Shown piece by piece: positions 17,099 to 26,303 of a DNA stretch of 64,000 nt. How positions within the stretch are numbered: position 1 is the first letter of the stretch; each line of letters starts with the position of its first letter. Made by a program: the position numbers and the translations under genes. The notes beneath the pieces were generated by a model. That model saw only the letters and a list, made by a program, of their open reading frames with translations, had not been told where the DNA came from and did no database searches. The stretch comes from a virus (taxonomy: Duplodnaviria > Caudoviricetes): IMG/VR virus record IMGVR_UViG_3300021387_000141, positions 1 through 64,000 of that record. The stretch is one strand, 5' to 3'.

Positions 17099-17124
17099 TC
17101 GCAAAATTTTCATCTCCTTAAATG
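17099..17124 (+). promoter_or_regulatory. Phage promoter-like motif
   Basis: tcgc aaaattt tca tctcct taaatg. Confidence 0.7.
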
Positions 17125-17173
17125 AAGAGACTGCAGGGTCTCTTTTATTTTTTAAATAAGGAAAGGAAAACGA

Positions 17174-17644
17174 ATGAAAACCAAATTTAAAAACTGTAAC
17201 GAAGAAGATTTTGAAGAGTTCGATGATGAACTTGAACTCGAACTGGATGAAGAAATCGAAGAGGACGAAGAAATCCTTGACGAATATGAAAAAGGCAGCA
17301 ACAAGCTGCTGAAGGAAGTGAATGAACTCCCCAACGGGGAGGATCGCTCTCGGGCGATTAAAGATCTTGAGGTTATGTCGCGGATTGCGAATGACCGGAA
17401 GAAATTGCGGAATGAAAACCGCAAAATTAAGAAGGAATTGGCCCTTCGTGAAGAAGAGGTCGATAATGTAAAGCGCAACGGTGTGCTGAACACCATTGTG
17501 AATATCGGCGGCACGATTGTGTCATTTGTGGCCTACGGAATCTTGTTAGGCCGTCAGAACCGCTTTGAAAGCGGAGAAACGTATACGACATCAGGTTCCC
17601 GTAACCTGGTGAACAGTATCAATAGGATCATTAAACGGTCCTGA
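17174..17644 (+). CDS. Protein with acidic N-terminus, coiled coil and C-terminal membrane helix
   Basis: EEDFEEFDDELELELDEEIEEDEEILDEYE; IVNIGGTIVSFVAYGILLG. Confidence 0.7.
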   Translation: MKTKFKNCNEEDFEEFDDELELELDEEIEEDEEILDEYEKGSNKLLKEVNELPNGEDRSRAIKDLEVMSRIANDRKKLRNENRKIKKELALREEEVDNVKRNGVLNTIVNIGGTIVSFVAYGILLGRQNRFESGETYTTSGSRNLVNSINRIIKRS

Positions 17645-17701
17645 TTCAAAATGGAGTATGTGCTTCGGCATGTACTCCTCTTTTTATTTTTAGAGGTCAT
17701 T

Positions 17702-17944
17702 ATGCAAAAATACGAAAATCGAACGATATACGAGTGTGAAGTATGCGGGCTGCTGTATGCAAAAAGAGAAGACGCGATACAGTGTGAAGAAAATCACATC
17801 GATAAATTGACCGAAGCCAAGATCATTTATCCTCCCACCCCGGCCGGATTTTACAGTGTAAGAATGTTTGATGGGGTTTATCCAAATGCGATCACCGTCA
17901 ATTTTTGTGACGGAAGCAAACATATTTATAAACTTTTGCGGTAA
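17702..17944 (+). CDS. Small zinc-binding protein
   Basis: YECEVCG...CEENH. Confidence 0.6.
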   Translation: MQKYENRTIYECEVCGLLYAKREDAIQCEENHIDKLTEAKIIYPPTPAGFYSVRMFDGVYPNAITVNFCDGSKHIYKLLR

Positions 17945-17947
17945 ATC

Positions 17948-18307
17948 ATGCGCTATCACTATACCCCGTCCGACCATGGAGATGACGTCTATGGCCGGCT
18001 TTATTTTTGTGACCATCCAGTTTATAACCGCTGCACTTTATTTTTGATCCGGGGCCGCGGACTGGCGGTGATCCGGCAGTATTTCAATAAAAAAGACAAA
18101 CGCACTTACTGGCGGGAAATTGGACGAAATATCGCTGCGGACATTTACCTGAATCCGAAATTTCCGGAGATTTTTGAAAAACGGGCAAAGCCTTGTAAGG
18201 ACGGCCTTTATCCGACAATGACCGTCCGTCAAATCATGTGGGCTTTACGCATGAAGCCCTTACCGAAAAAACGTTGGGAAACTGTTTTTGACAGAAAGGA
18301 TATTTGA
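17948..18307 (+). CDS. Hypothetical phage protein
   Basis: Intact ORF in operon. Confidence 0.7.
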   Translation: MRYHYTPSDHGDDVYGRLYFCDHPVYNRCTLFLIRGRGLAVIRQYFNKKDKRTYWREIGRNIAADIYLNPKFPEIFEKRAKPCKDGLYPTMTVRQIMWALRMKPLPKKRWETVFDRKDI

Positions 18308-18308
18308 G

Positions 18309-18524
18309 ATGAACAAGATTACAAAATGCGATATCCATCGCTGTATCAGTGATCCTACGCTGATGGGCGTTTTTGTGTGGATCGATGATGATCCTGACTG
18401 GAAATTATTGTTTACTTATTATCCGAACGAATTGGTTTTTGATGCTGATGAATTTATTGGTTTGACCGAAGAAGACGCACTGGACCTTCACTGGCAGCGC
18501 GATCTGGAATATTTTCAATCATAA
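18309..18524 (+). CDS. Hypothetical protein
   Basis: RBS aaagga; operon position. Confidence 0.65.
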   Translation: MNKITKCDIHRCISDPTLMGVFVWIDDDPDWKLLFTYYPNELVFDADEFIGLTEEDALDLHWQRDLEYFQS

Positions 18525-18533
18525 GGAGCTATT

Positions 18534-18830
18534 ATGAATAATCATGAAAACATTTATTACCCCTTGCAAAATTTTATGCCGCCGGTTAAAGAAGAAAAAA
18601 TTTCTTTGCGGGAATGCAAAATCAGCAAAATTCAATGGGAATTGGAAAAATATATTACCCGTTCCCGAGCAGCATCATTAACCAAAATCCTTGAAGAAAA
18701 CGGTTTTACCTATTTTCAAAAATTGCTGGATGCGAATTTTGATCAATTCCGTGCGATCAAAGGGATCGGTCCGGTTTCATTGGACGCGATCCGGTCGGTT
18801 CGAAAAGCTTATGGTGTAAAGGAGAACTAA
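18534..18830 (+). CDS. RNA polymerase alpha-CTD-like (helix-hairpin-helix) protein
   Basis: RAASLTKILEENGFTYFQKLLDANFDQFRAIKGIGPVSLDAI parallels alpha-CTD RSYNCLKRAGINTVQEL...VRNLGRKSLEE. Confidence 0.6.
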   Translation: MNNHENIYYPLQNFMPPVKEEKISLRECKISKIQWELEKYITRSRAASLTKILEENGFTYFQKLLDANFDQFRAIKGIGPVSLDAIRSVRKAYGVKEN

Positions 18831-18832
18831 AT

Positions 18833-19156
18833 ATGGTAGCTACTTCAGAAAACTCAAACATTTCTATCGAAAAAATTATTGTCACCCGTCATCAGGGACT
18901 TGTTGACTGGCTGGAACGTCAGGGCATCACCGGAGAAGTAAAACCCAGCGTAACCGTAGATGATATCAAAGGAAAACATGTGATCGGCGCTTTGCCGGCG
19001 CATATTGCCCAGCATGCTTATCTGGTTACTTCCGTGGATTACACCTGCCCGTTTGAAAAGCGCGGTAAAAATCTGACCGCTGATGAACTGGACGAACTCG
19101 GCGCAAAGCTGTTTACGTACCGTGTTGTCCCGGTGTCCTGTGTTTCATTCAACTGA
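18833..19156 (+). CDS. csx16: Csx16 (VVA1548)-like protein; candidate viral ring nuclease
   Basis: IIVTRHQGLVDWLERQG...VIGALPAHIA...RGKNLTADELDELGAKLFTYRV matches the Csx16 pattern SRHxGAxxW...VIGTLP...RGRELSAEEL...GARLExY. Confidence 0.7.
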   Translation: MVATSENSNISIEKIIVTRHQGLVDWLERQGITGEVKPSVTVDDIKGKHVIGALPAHIAQHAYLVTSVDYTCPFEKRGKNLTADELDELGAKLFTYRVVPVSCVSFN

Positions 19157-19176
19157 TATTTCAAAATGGAGGAAAT

Positions 19177-19623
19177 ATGAAGGCAAAATATATCTTTACA
19201 AAAATCGGTTATCGCAAAAACGATCTTGAAGTAATGAATATCGTTCCGGAAACGGATGAAGATTATGATGTTGCTGATATTTTTCTCTCTGATTATTATT
19301 CTGATGAAGGGGAAACGATCTCGGTGGAAGCGAATGACCTGGATGAAGCAGTCGAACAGGCAAACCGTTGGTTCGGCACCTGTGCCACGGCGAATAATGT
19401 GCTGATCTCCTACACCTGCGATAATGCACCGGCATTGTCCAAAAATGATCATTATCGGGATATTCCGATCCCGGTGAAGACCCTTCATCATAATTTTCCG
19501 AAATGGTCAACCCTGACGGATAAACGCACCCGGAAATATTACGGAAAAAAGACCCAGCGTCCGGTTTATGACCCGGAAGGCTTGATTTTTGATTACCGGC
19601 AGTATACTTACCAGCCATACTGA
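19177..19623 (+). CDS. Hypothetical protein
   Basis: RBS ggagg; intact ORF. Confidence 0.7.
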   Translation: MKAKYIFTKIGYRKNDLEVMNIVPETDEDYDVADIFLSDYYSDEGETISVEANDLDEAVEQANRWFGTCATANNVLISYTCDNAPALSKNDHYRDIPIPVKTLHHNFPKWSTLTDKRTRKYYGKKTQRPVYDPEGLIFDYRQYTYQPY

Positions 19624-19624
19624 T

Positions 19625-19650
19625 TCGCGAAATTTACACCTCCTTAAATG
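19625..19650 (+). promoter_or_regulatory. Phage promoter-like motif
   Basis: tcgc gaaattt aca cctcct taaatg. Confidence 0.75.
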
Positions 19651-19702
19651 AAGAGACATTTGGTCTCTTTTAATTTTTTGTAATTTAAACTAAGGAGGTT
19701 TA

Positions 19703-19828
19703 ATGACAGCTATTGTATTAGCTTTATGTGGAATTTTTGTTTATAGCGACATTCGTGTCGCGTTATATGTTGGGATAGGCTTTCTATTAGCGAAAGCCTT
19801 AATTAATAGTGTCTTGAAACATAAATAA
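19703..19828 (+). CDS. 41-aa membrane peptide (not in ORF track)
   Basis: RBS aaggagg; MTAIVLALCGIFVYSDIRVALYVGIGFLLAKALINSVLKHK. Confidence 0.65.
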   Translation: MTAIVLALCGIFVYSDIRVALYVGIGFLLAKALINSVLKHK

Positions 19829-19885
19829 TTGTAATAAAAAGCGTAAGCATTGCTTGCGCTTTTATTTTTTACGAAAGGAAACAAA

Positions 19886-20251
19886 ATGAAAAAATTATTC
19901 GCAAAAATTAAGAAATTCGCCGGAAAGTGCTGGCGCAAGTTTAAGAAACTCTGTAAGTTCGTTGTCGATGAAATCAAAAACGCCGCTCAGTGGTGCATGG
20001 ATAATCAGGAAGTTGTTTATGTCATCAGCGGAATTTCCACAATTGCTTATTCTATTATAAAAAAGATTCGTAAGAACGCTGTGCTGAAAGAACAGGAATT
20101 TCATCGCACACATATTTTTGACCGGAGCCTCAACCATTGGTGGAGCTTAAAACGGGACTTGACGACCAATGAAATGCTCGAATATGAGCACCGCCGGGCG
20201 ACCGGAGAAACCATTGGCGAGATTTTGGAAAGTATGAAGGTCCTTGCTTAG
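19886..20251 (+). CDS. Conserved-type phage hypothetical protein (start at ATG 19886)
   Basis: RBS gaaagga; basic amphipathic N-terminus. Confidence 0.7.
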   Translation: MKKLFAKIKKFAGKCWRKFKKLCKFVVDEIKNAAQWCMDNQEVVYVISGISTIAYSIIKKIRKNAVLKEQEFHRTHIFDRSLNHWWSLKRDLTTNEMLEYEHRRATGETIGEILESMKVLA

Positions 20252-20260
20252 GAGGGATTT

Positions 20261-21034
20261 ATGAATTTGGTAAAAACCGGAGGCATGATTGCCAGAGTTA
20301 TCGGCAAAAATGCCCCGATACTGATCAGCGCTGCGGCCGGGATTGGTCTGATAGCGCTTTATATTTTAACGATCAAAGAAACAGAAGAAGCACAGGAAGT
20401 ATTGAATGAAATGCCTGAGGAGGAGACTCAGGGTTTCAAAACTGCGGGAAAAATCGTAAAAATTTATGCTCCTTCTTTTATTTGCCTGATCGTTACCCTG
20501 TTTTGTATCGTAAGTTCGGCTTTGATCAGCCATCATCGGATCCGGGATCTGACGGCGTATGCCGCGGGGCTTAGTGCGGCATTCAATCAATATCGCCAGC
20601 AGATCATTTTTCAAAATGGAAAAGAGATGGATCAGAAAGTGATGGCAAAAGTGGCCAGAGCCCGTGTTGAAGAAGATCCTCCTAAAGATAAAGATGACGA
20701 CAGTGTTTTATGTCTGCTGCCCGGGTATGACTGCTTTTTTCATGTTCCAAGCACGGCGAATGTCTCGGAAGCATTTTTGGAATTGAACAAAAAGATCAAA
20801 GATGGCTATCGGGTGATCGAATTTCCGGAGTTTATGAAACTGGCCAAGGCAAAAGAACCGGTAAAACCGAAATTTTTATGTTATGGCTGGGAAACTTTTT
20901 ATCTGGAAGATAATTACCAGACGGATGCGTTTTATCCGAACATTTTCAAAGAAACAGATGACGATGGTCTGGAATATTATGTGATCGATAATGTTCCGAT
21001 GCCGAGACTGCTGGAAGAAAGGATATTCTTTTGA
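20261..21034 (+). CDS. DUF6353-like protein, paralog 1
   Basis: Two hydrophobic segments then AAYAAGLSAAFNQYR-type helix; same architecture as 21394 and 23381. Confidence 0.6.
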   Translation: MNLVKTGGMIARVIGKNAPILISAAAGIGLIALYILTIKETEEAQEVLNEMPEEETQGFKTAGKIVKIYAPSFICLIVTLFCIVSSALISHHRIRDLTAYAAGLSAAFNQYRQQIIFQNGKEMDQKVMAKVARARVEEDPPKDKDDDSVLCLLPGYDCFFHVPSTANVSEAFLELNKKIKDGYRVIEFPEFMKLAKAKEPVKPKFLCYGWETFYLEDNYQTDAFYPNIFKETDDDGLEYYVIDNVPMPRLLEERIFF

Positions 21035-21384
21035 TGGTTTATTACAATCCGGAGGATGAAGAACTGGATCCTCCGGATCTGTTATTTGATGTGCAGAATG
21101 CCTTGGACGCAATCACCGGATTCACGGACGCTGAATACAGCTATCCAGTATATCCGATATCCAAAGAAAAAGAACTGGAGATCTGTTACAAACGGCAGGG
21201 TCTGGATGAGCTGAAAAAGTTTATTGTTGAGCATCGTTATGAAGATCGTGTTGTAAACCTGGTTGACCGGTTCAGCTGCCGAATGAATATTCAGGCGGCA
21301 AAAAGTGTACCGGGCAGTGAAGCGTATCAACTCTTCTGCATGATGCGTGATGCAGCGGAAGAAGTAGCAGTAAGGTTTTTATAG
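21031..21384 (+). CDS. Hypothetical protein
   Basis: Intact ORF coupled to neighbours. Confidence 0.7.
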   Translation: MMVYYNPEDEELDPPDLLFDVQNALDAITGFTDAEYSYPVYPISKEKELEICYKRQGLDELKKFIVEHRYEDRVVNLVDRFSCRMNIQAAKSVPGSEAYQLFCMMRDAAEEVAVRFL

Positions 21385-21393
21385 GAGAAACTA

Positions 21394-22185
21394 ATGATAA
21401 AAATTCCATTTGGTGCTGCTGCCAGGAGTGTGCTCACCCTGGCAAAAGCAAACGCCACTCCGATTTCCACCGCAATGGTGATCCTCGGAATGGTTTCTGC
21501 GGTCGTTCTGGCGGTAAAAGCCGGAAAAGAATCTGTTGAAGATATTGAGGAAGCCAAAGAAGAGCTTGAAACGGATGAGCTGACTTTCGGAGAAATCATC
21601 CGTGCGACATGGAAACGCTTTCTTCCGGTATTTTTGATCCTTGGTCTGTCGATCGCCTGTCTGGTGGTGAACACGAATCGAATGATGAAGCGCTATGCCG
21701 CATTATCGACAGCATATGCGCTTTCTGAAAGTTATTTGAAAGATTATATGGAAACCACCAAGGAAACGGTCGGCGCGAAAAAAGAACAGCAGATCCGTGA
21801 TGATGTTATGGATAAACAGGTGAAGGACCATCCGTTTGATAAAGAAGCTGAACGTGGGATCGTTGAAACCGGAAAAGGCAATACTTTATTTTATGACGCG
21901 ATCACAACCCGGTTTTTTCGTTCATCCATGGATAAGGTAAAAGCCGCGGAGCGTGACCTTGCCGGGATTTATGCAACGGAAGATGTCGTATATCTGGATG
22001 ATTATACCAATGCTCTCGGGCTTGGTAAATATTCAGAATGCGGAAATTATCTCGGCTGGCAGAAAACCGGTAAATTTGACGGATCCGAAAATCTGATGTT
22101 TGATTATTCTTCCGGTTTGACAGCCAGCGGTGAACCGTATGTGGCAATTTATCATTATCGCAACCGATTGAGCGTTATCCGCTGA
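21394..22185 (+). CDS. DUF6353-like protein, paralog 2
   Basis: KRYAALSTAYALSESYLKDY...TLFYDAITTRFF...LGW. Confidence 0.65.
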   Translation: MIKIPFGAAARSVLTLAKANATPISTAMVILGMVSAVVLAVKAGKESVEDIEEAKEELETDELTFGEIIRATWKRFLPVFLILGLSIACLVVNTNRMMKRYAALSTAYALSESYLKDYMETTKETVGAKKEQQIRDDVMDKQVKDHPFDKEAERGIVETGKGNTLFYDAITTRFFRSSMDKVKAAERDLAGIYATEDVVYLDDYTNALGLGKYSECGNYLGWQKTGKFDGSENLMFDYSSGLTASGEPYVAIYHYRNRLSVIR

Positions 22186-22186
22186 A

Positions 22187-22212
22187 TCGCGAAAAAAACA
22201 AAGGCTTTAAAG
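22187..22212 (+). promoter_or_regulatory. Phage promoter-like motif
   Basis: tcgc gaaaaaa aca aaggct ttaaag. Confidence 0.65.
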
Positions 22213-22266
22213 AGAGACAGACAGTCTCTCTTTATTTTTTCAAAAAAGGAACGAAAGGAAAATATT

Positions 22267-22719
22267 ATGTCTAACAATAATAATGTTGTTGAAGGGACTA
22301 CGGTCCCGTTTGTTGAACCCGCTGATAATAGCGGGGTGGAAATCGTCCCTGTTAATCAGGGCGAAATTGAAGAAATCACCCCGGGCCAAATGGCTCTGGG
22401 ATTAGGTGTAACCGCATTGGTCGGTTACGGAATTGGGAAGCTCGGTGAGCTTTTCTATAATAAAATAATTTTGCCCGGCTATGTTAAAGCCGTGGACAAA
22501 ATAGAAGAAAACAAAAAGAAAAGGAACAAAAAGCTGCGCCGAAAGGCAAAGCGCAATGAAGTAATCGTTGAGGCTGAAGAAGCCGAAGACGATAATTTGG
22601 AAGCTCTTGAGGAAGAAGAGCTGGAATATGAAGAAGATGATGAGGAAACTGAAGAAGAACCTCGTCAGGTTTCGAAAAAGGCGGCTAAAAAAGCCGCAAA
22701 GAAAAAGAAGCGTCATTAA
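22267..22719 (+). CDS. Membrane-anchored protein with acidic tract and histone-like basic tail
   Basis: LGLGVTALVGYGIG; EEEELEYEEDDEETEEE; KKAAKKAAKKKKRH. Confidence 0.7.
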   Translation: MSNNNNVVEGTTVPFVEPADNSGVEIVPVNQGEIEEITPGQMALGLGVTALVGYGIGKLGELFYNKIILPGYVKAVDKIEENKKKRNKKLRRKAKRNEVIVEAEEAEDDNLEALEEEELEYEEDDEETEEEPRQVSKKAAKKAAKKKKRH

Positions 22720-22789
22720 TATGACGTATCGTCCGGAGAAGAATGAATAATTCTTCTCCTCTTTTTTTTCTTTTAAATAAAGGAGGACC

Positions 22790-23371
22790 GTGAGTAACGA
22801 AAATGAAAGAAAAACCCAAATCGCCAACGGATCCATGCGCAGAAAAAACATTTTTAAATTTCTGATGGATGAGATCATTCTAAAAAACTTTCAGGATATC
22901 AAAACCAATTTTATCGAAGATGTAATTCTTCCGAGTACTGTCGATTGGCTTTATGATGTTGGAGAAAGTTTCGTCGGCAATATGTTCAAAAGCCCCGGAG
23001 GCGGAAGCCGCGGCAGTACCCTGCCGAAACAGTACAGCCGGACTTCTTATTCCAATTATTATAAAAGTTCTTCCCGTTCATCTAGAAGAGATTATCGGGA
23101 AGAAGCAGATGAAAACGATGTGGCTTCGTATGAGGATATTAATTTTAAATCCCGTGCAGAAGCCGAAAAAATTCTGGCGGCCATGCGCGATGATTTAAAG
23201 CATGGCTATATTGTCAGCGTGATGGACCTGTGCGATTATTCCGGCGTCGGCTCCAGCTGGGCAGATAACAGCTATGGCTGGACAAGCCTGGATAAAGCAC
23301 GTGTGATCCGCGGAAGAGATGGAAGATTTTATCTGGACCTTCCGAAACCGCACCCTATTGATAATGACTAA
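22790..23371 (+). CDS. Conserved-type phage hypothetical protein
   Basis: GTG start with RBS aggagg; FKSRAEAEKILAAM...WADNSYGWTSL...YLDLPKP. Confidence 0.75.
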   Translation: MSNENERKTQIANGSMRRKNIFKFLMDEIILKNFQDIKTNFIEDVILPSTVDWLYDVGESFVGNMFKSPGGGSRGSTLPKQYSRTSYSNYYKSSSRSSRRDYREEADENDVASYEDINFKSRAEAEKILAAMRDDLKHGYIVSVMDLCDYSGVGSSWADNSYGWTSLDKARVIRGRDGRFYLDLPKPHPIDND

Positions 23372-23380
23372 GGAGAAACG

Positions 23381-24310
23381 ATGAATTTAAAACTGATTTT
23401 AGCCAAAACCGGGCTTGTCTTAAAACAGGCAAGCCCTGAACTTTTAACCGGCGGCGGGATTATTCTGAGTATTGCTGCTCTGATCACTGCCTGTTCGAAA
23501 ATGAAAGAAACCGAAGAAGTAAATGAAGAAATCCAGGATGAAATTGAAACCATTCAGGATGAAGAAGAACGCGGAACAAAAGAATATGTCGGCCGCATGT
23601 TTAAACTTGCGATGAAGGCCGTCTGGAAGTATCTGAAGATTTTCTGGATCCCAGTGCTGTTGGAATTGATGTCGATTTTCGGCATCTGGTATTCTCATGG
23701 GATCATGGTGAAACGGAATGCCGATCTGGCTTCAGCGGCAGTGATCCTAACCCAGCAAATGGATAAATATCGAGCCCGGGTCCGGGATAAAGTCGGCGAA
23801 GAAACGGAAAATGATCTGTTTTACGGTCTGACCAATAAAAAAGTCGGTGAAGTGACTGAAGATCTCGGTGATGGAAAAACCAAAAAGCGCCCTATTTATG
23901 AAAAAGAAATGACGGATGGCGCTGAAGGTCCGTTTGACCGTATTTTTGACCGATCGAATCATAACTATCAAAGCACTCCGGGCGCGAACATGGTTTTTCT
24001 GGATATGGTCCGGAAATCCTGTAAAAGCATTATGGAAGGCCGCGCAACGAACCATTCCAACGGCTGGTATTTGATGAGCGAAGTTTACCAGCAGCTTGGT
24101 TACGAACCGACTGCCGAAAGTTTCCATTGGGGCTGGGTCTGGAGTAAGTATGATCCGAAATTCAGCGGTACATTCATTGATTTTGGTATCAATGATTACA
24201 GCGATTCGGTTGTACACGACTTTGTAAATGGTTTGGAACCGGCGATCCCGCTGCATTTCAACTGCCAGCCGGTGGATGTATTTAAAGATCTCAACCTGAT
24301 GAAGATCTAA
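23381..24310 (+). CDS. DUF6353-like protein, paralog 3
   Basis: KRNADLASAA...KYRARVRDKVGEE...EVYQQLGYEPT..GW..IDFG. Confidence 0.65.
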   Translation: MNLKLILAKTGLVLKQASPELLTGGGIILSIAALITACSKMKETEEVNEEIQDEIETIQDEEERGTKEYVGRMFKLAMKAVWKYLKIFWIPVLLELMSIFGIWYSHGIMVKRNADLASAAVILTQQMDKYRARVRDKVGEETENDLFYGLTNKKVGEVTEDLGDGKTKKRPIYEKEMTDGAEGPFDRIFDRSNHNYQSTPGANMVFLDMVRKSCKSIMEGRATNHSNGWYLMSEVYQQLGYEPTAESFHWGWVWSKYDPKFSGTFIDFGINDYSDSVVHDFVNGLEPAIPLHFNCQPVDVFKDLNLMKI

Positions 24311-24320
24311 AGGACTACGG

Positions 24321-24416
24321 ATGAAAAAGATATTATCTCTTTCATTAGGCGCTTTGTCTACATTTTTGATGATCAGCGGAATCGTGGTCCTGAATGGCGG
24401 AGATAACCGGGAATGA
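24321..24416 (+). CDS. 31-aa membrane peptide (not in ORF track)
   Basis: MKKILSLSLGALSTFLMISGIVVLNGGDNRE; RBS aagga. Confidence 0.55.
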   Translation: MKKILSLSLGALSTFLMISGIVVLNGGDNRE

Positions 24417-24577
24417 TCGATAAACTGGATTATTTTCTTTCGACCATTGATGGTTTGCTGGATACGAACCGGAAACGTCATTTATTCGGCGGGCTCTTAA
24501 TGAGCCTGTCGTTTTTATTTGGCGGAATGTCAATCACCGTGATAACAGTAAAGGAAGATAAAAAAGATGAACAATGA
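24413..24577 (+). CDS. 54-aa membrane protein (not in ORF track)
   Basis: MIDKLDYFLSTIDGLLDTNRKRHLFGGLLMSLSFLFGGMSITVITV; ATGA overlap with previous ORF. Confidence 0.65.
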   Translation: MIDKLDYFLSTIDGLLDTNRKRHLFGGLLMSLSFLFGGMSITVITVKEDKKDEQ

Positions 24578-25274
24578 AATTTTGAAAGGAATCCTTCTGT
24601 TTCTTGCAGGAGGAGCGGCCGGTGCAGGCGTTACCGGTTTTATATTTAAACGAAAATTAAATGAAATGGAAGAATCGATTGACGATATCGTTGAAGAACG
24701 CGTTGAAGAGATCGCCGAGATTCGTATGGACGAAGATTTTGATGACGAAGAAGAGGACGAGGAAGAAGATGATGAACTGGATGAAGAAAGTGATGACGAA
24801 GATGATTCGGATATTGATGAGGAAAAACTGACGGAGATCACACAAAGCGTCGTGAAAAAGATCAACCGGGCGCGCACCGCAAAACCCGATCCGATCGAAC
24901 TGGCAAAAGAACTGGTTGATAAAAACAATTATGTCAGTTATTCCGGAAAAAAAGATCCCGTAACGAAAAACGAAACCCCTGATGATTACTGGGTCGAACA
25001 GAACGAACCGGAAGATATCGAAATCATCAGCCCACAGGAATTCGGCGACATCGCCGGTTATGATAAGGTTAATTTATATTTCCTCAGCCGGGATGAAGTC
25101 CTGGTCGATGATGAAGGGAACCCGGTAGAGAACATCGTTTCCTTGATCGGTCCGGACGCATTGGAGAATTTCGGTACTTATGAACCGGATTCTGTCTGCG
25201 TGCGGAACAACCGCCTGGAAACTGATTTTGCGATTTTTATCCGGAACGAGACCCTTTCCAATTTCTCATTATAA
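24567..25274 (+). CDS. Membrane-anchored highly acidic protein
   Basis: N-terminal ILLFLAGGAAGAGVTGFIF; long D/E tract. Confidence 0.75.
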   Translation: MNNEILKGILLFLAGGAAGAGVTGFIFKRKLNEMEESIDDIVEERVEEIAEIRMDEDFDDEEEDEEEDDELDEESDDEDDSDIDEEKLTEITQSVVKKINRARTAKPDPIELAKELVDKNNYVSYSGKKDPVTKNETPDDYWVEQNEPEDIEIISPQEFGDIAGYDKVNLYFLSRDEVLVDDEGNPVENIVSLIGPDALENFGTYEPDSVCVRNNRLETDFAIFIRNETLSNFSL

Positions 25275-25287
25275 ATAAGGAGCAGTT

Positions 25288-25842
25288 ATGCGAGATTATG
25301 AGCTTGAAGAACAATACTTTAATTGGCTCTATAATCTCGTCTGCAGTGACGGTTATGTGAAGAAGCTCAGTTATTATGAGCTTCTTTTTCATTTGCATCA
25401 TATGGATTTTGTTTATATTCTTTCCCGGGACGAAAACCGGTATGCGGATGGGATCAATCTCCGTTACCGGTTTGGTTCCGAAAATGATATTCCTTACCGC
25501 TGCATCAGCCGGATCCTGGATGTTCGGCCGTGCAGTGTTTTGGAAATGATGGTCGCATTGGCGCTTCGCTGTGAAACGGAAATTATGATGGATACCGAGA
25601 TCGGCGACCGGACCTGGAAATGGTTCTGGAAGATGATGACAAATATGAATCTCGGTGGGATGACCGATGATAAATATGATGAAGAATATGTAGACAGAAT
25701 TATAGAGCGTATGCTGGTTCGTAAGTACGAAGCCAACGGAAGAGGAGGCCTGTTTACTATAGCGAATTGCAAAGAAGATTTACGAAATGTTGAGATCTGG
25801 ACACAGCTGTGCTGGTATCTCAACTCCATGAATGAGGTCTGA
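25288..25842 (+). CDS. Conserved-type phage hypothetical protein
   Basis: RBS aaggag; DENRYADGINLRYRF...PCSVLEMMVALA. Confidence 0.75.
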   Translation: MRDYELEEQYFNWLYNLVCSDGYVKKLSYYELLFHLHHMDFVYILSRDENRYADGINLRYRFGSENDIPYRCISRILDVRPCSVLEMMVALALRCETEIMMDTEIGDRTWKWFWKMMTNMNLGGMTDDKYDEEYVDRIIERMLVRKYEANGRGGLFTIANCKEDLRNVEIWTQLCWYLNSMNEV

Positions 25843-25843
25843 T

Positions 25844-26056
25844 ATGTTTGATATTTACAAACCGAAAAATTTAACGATCGAAGCCGAACATCTGAAAACG
25901 GATGTGGAGCTGACGGTCCCGGTTAAAGGAACCAAGATTTATGTCCAGGGCGGAAATTATCTGATTAAAACACCGAACGGACGGGTTTATCCGGCAAAGA
26001 AAGATCTTTTTGAGTTTTTATTTGAGAAAGTTGAGGAAAACAATGAAATTCAATAA
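25844..26056 (+). CDS. Hypothetical protein
   Basis: RBS gaggt; GNYLIKTPNGRVYP. Confidence 0.65.
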   Translation: MFDIYKPKNLTIEAEHLKTDVELTVPVKGTKIYVQGGNYLIKTPNGRVYPAKKDLFEFLFEKVEENNEIQ

Positions 26057-26303
26057 CCATAAGAAATATGACAACAATGATTTTTATCAAAACGGGAAAG
26101 ATCTGCAGCGTCTTGAAGATCAGATGACCATGCAGCAGCTTATCAATAAAGATCATGACCGCAGGCTGCGTTTTGCCGGACTCGGGATCATCACCCTTTC
26201 CGGGCTGACTTATTTGTGTGTCAGCTGTATCAAAGAACTTTATCAGCGCATAAGAAAACTGGAAGAACGGAACGAACCGACCGAAAAGAATGATGAGGCC
26301 TGA
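26043..26303 (+). CDS. Small membrane-anchored protein
   Basis: FAGLGIITLSGLTYLCV helix; overlaps start of the polymerase gene. Confidence 0.6.
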   Translation: MKFNNHKKYDNNDFYQNGKDLQRLEDQMTMQQLINKDHDRRLRFAGLGIITLSGLTYLCVSCIKELYQRIRKLEERNEPTEKNDEA

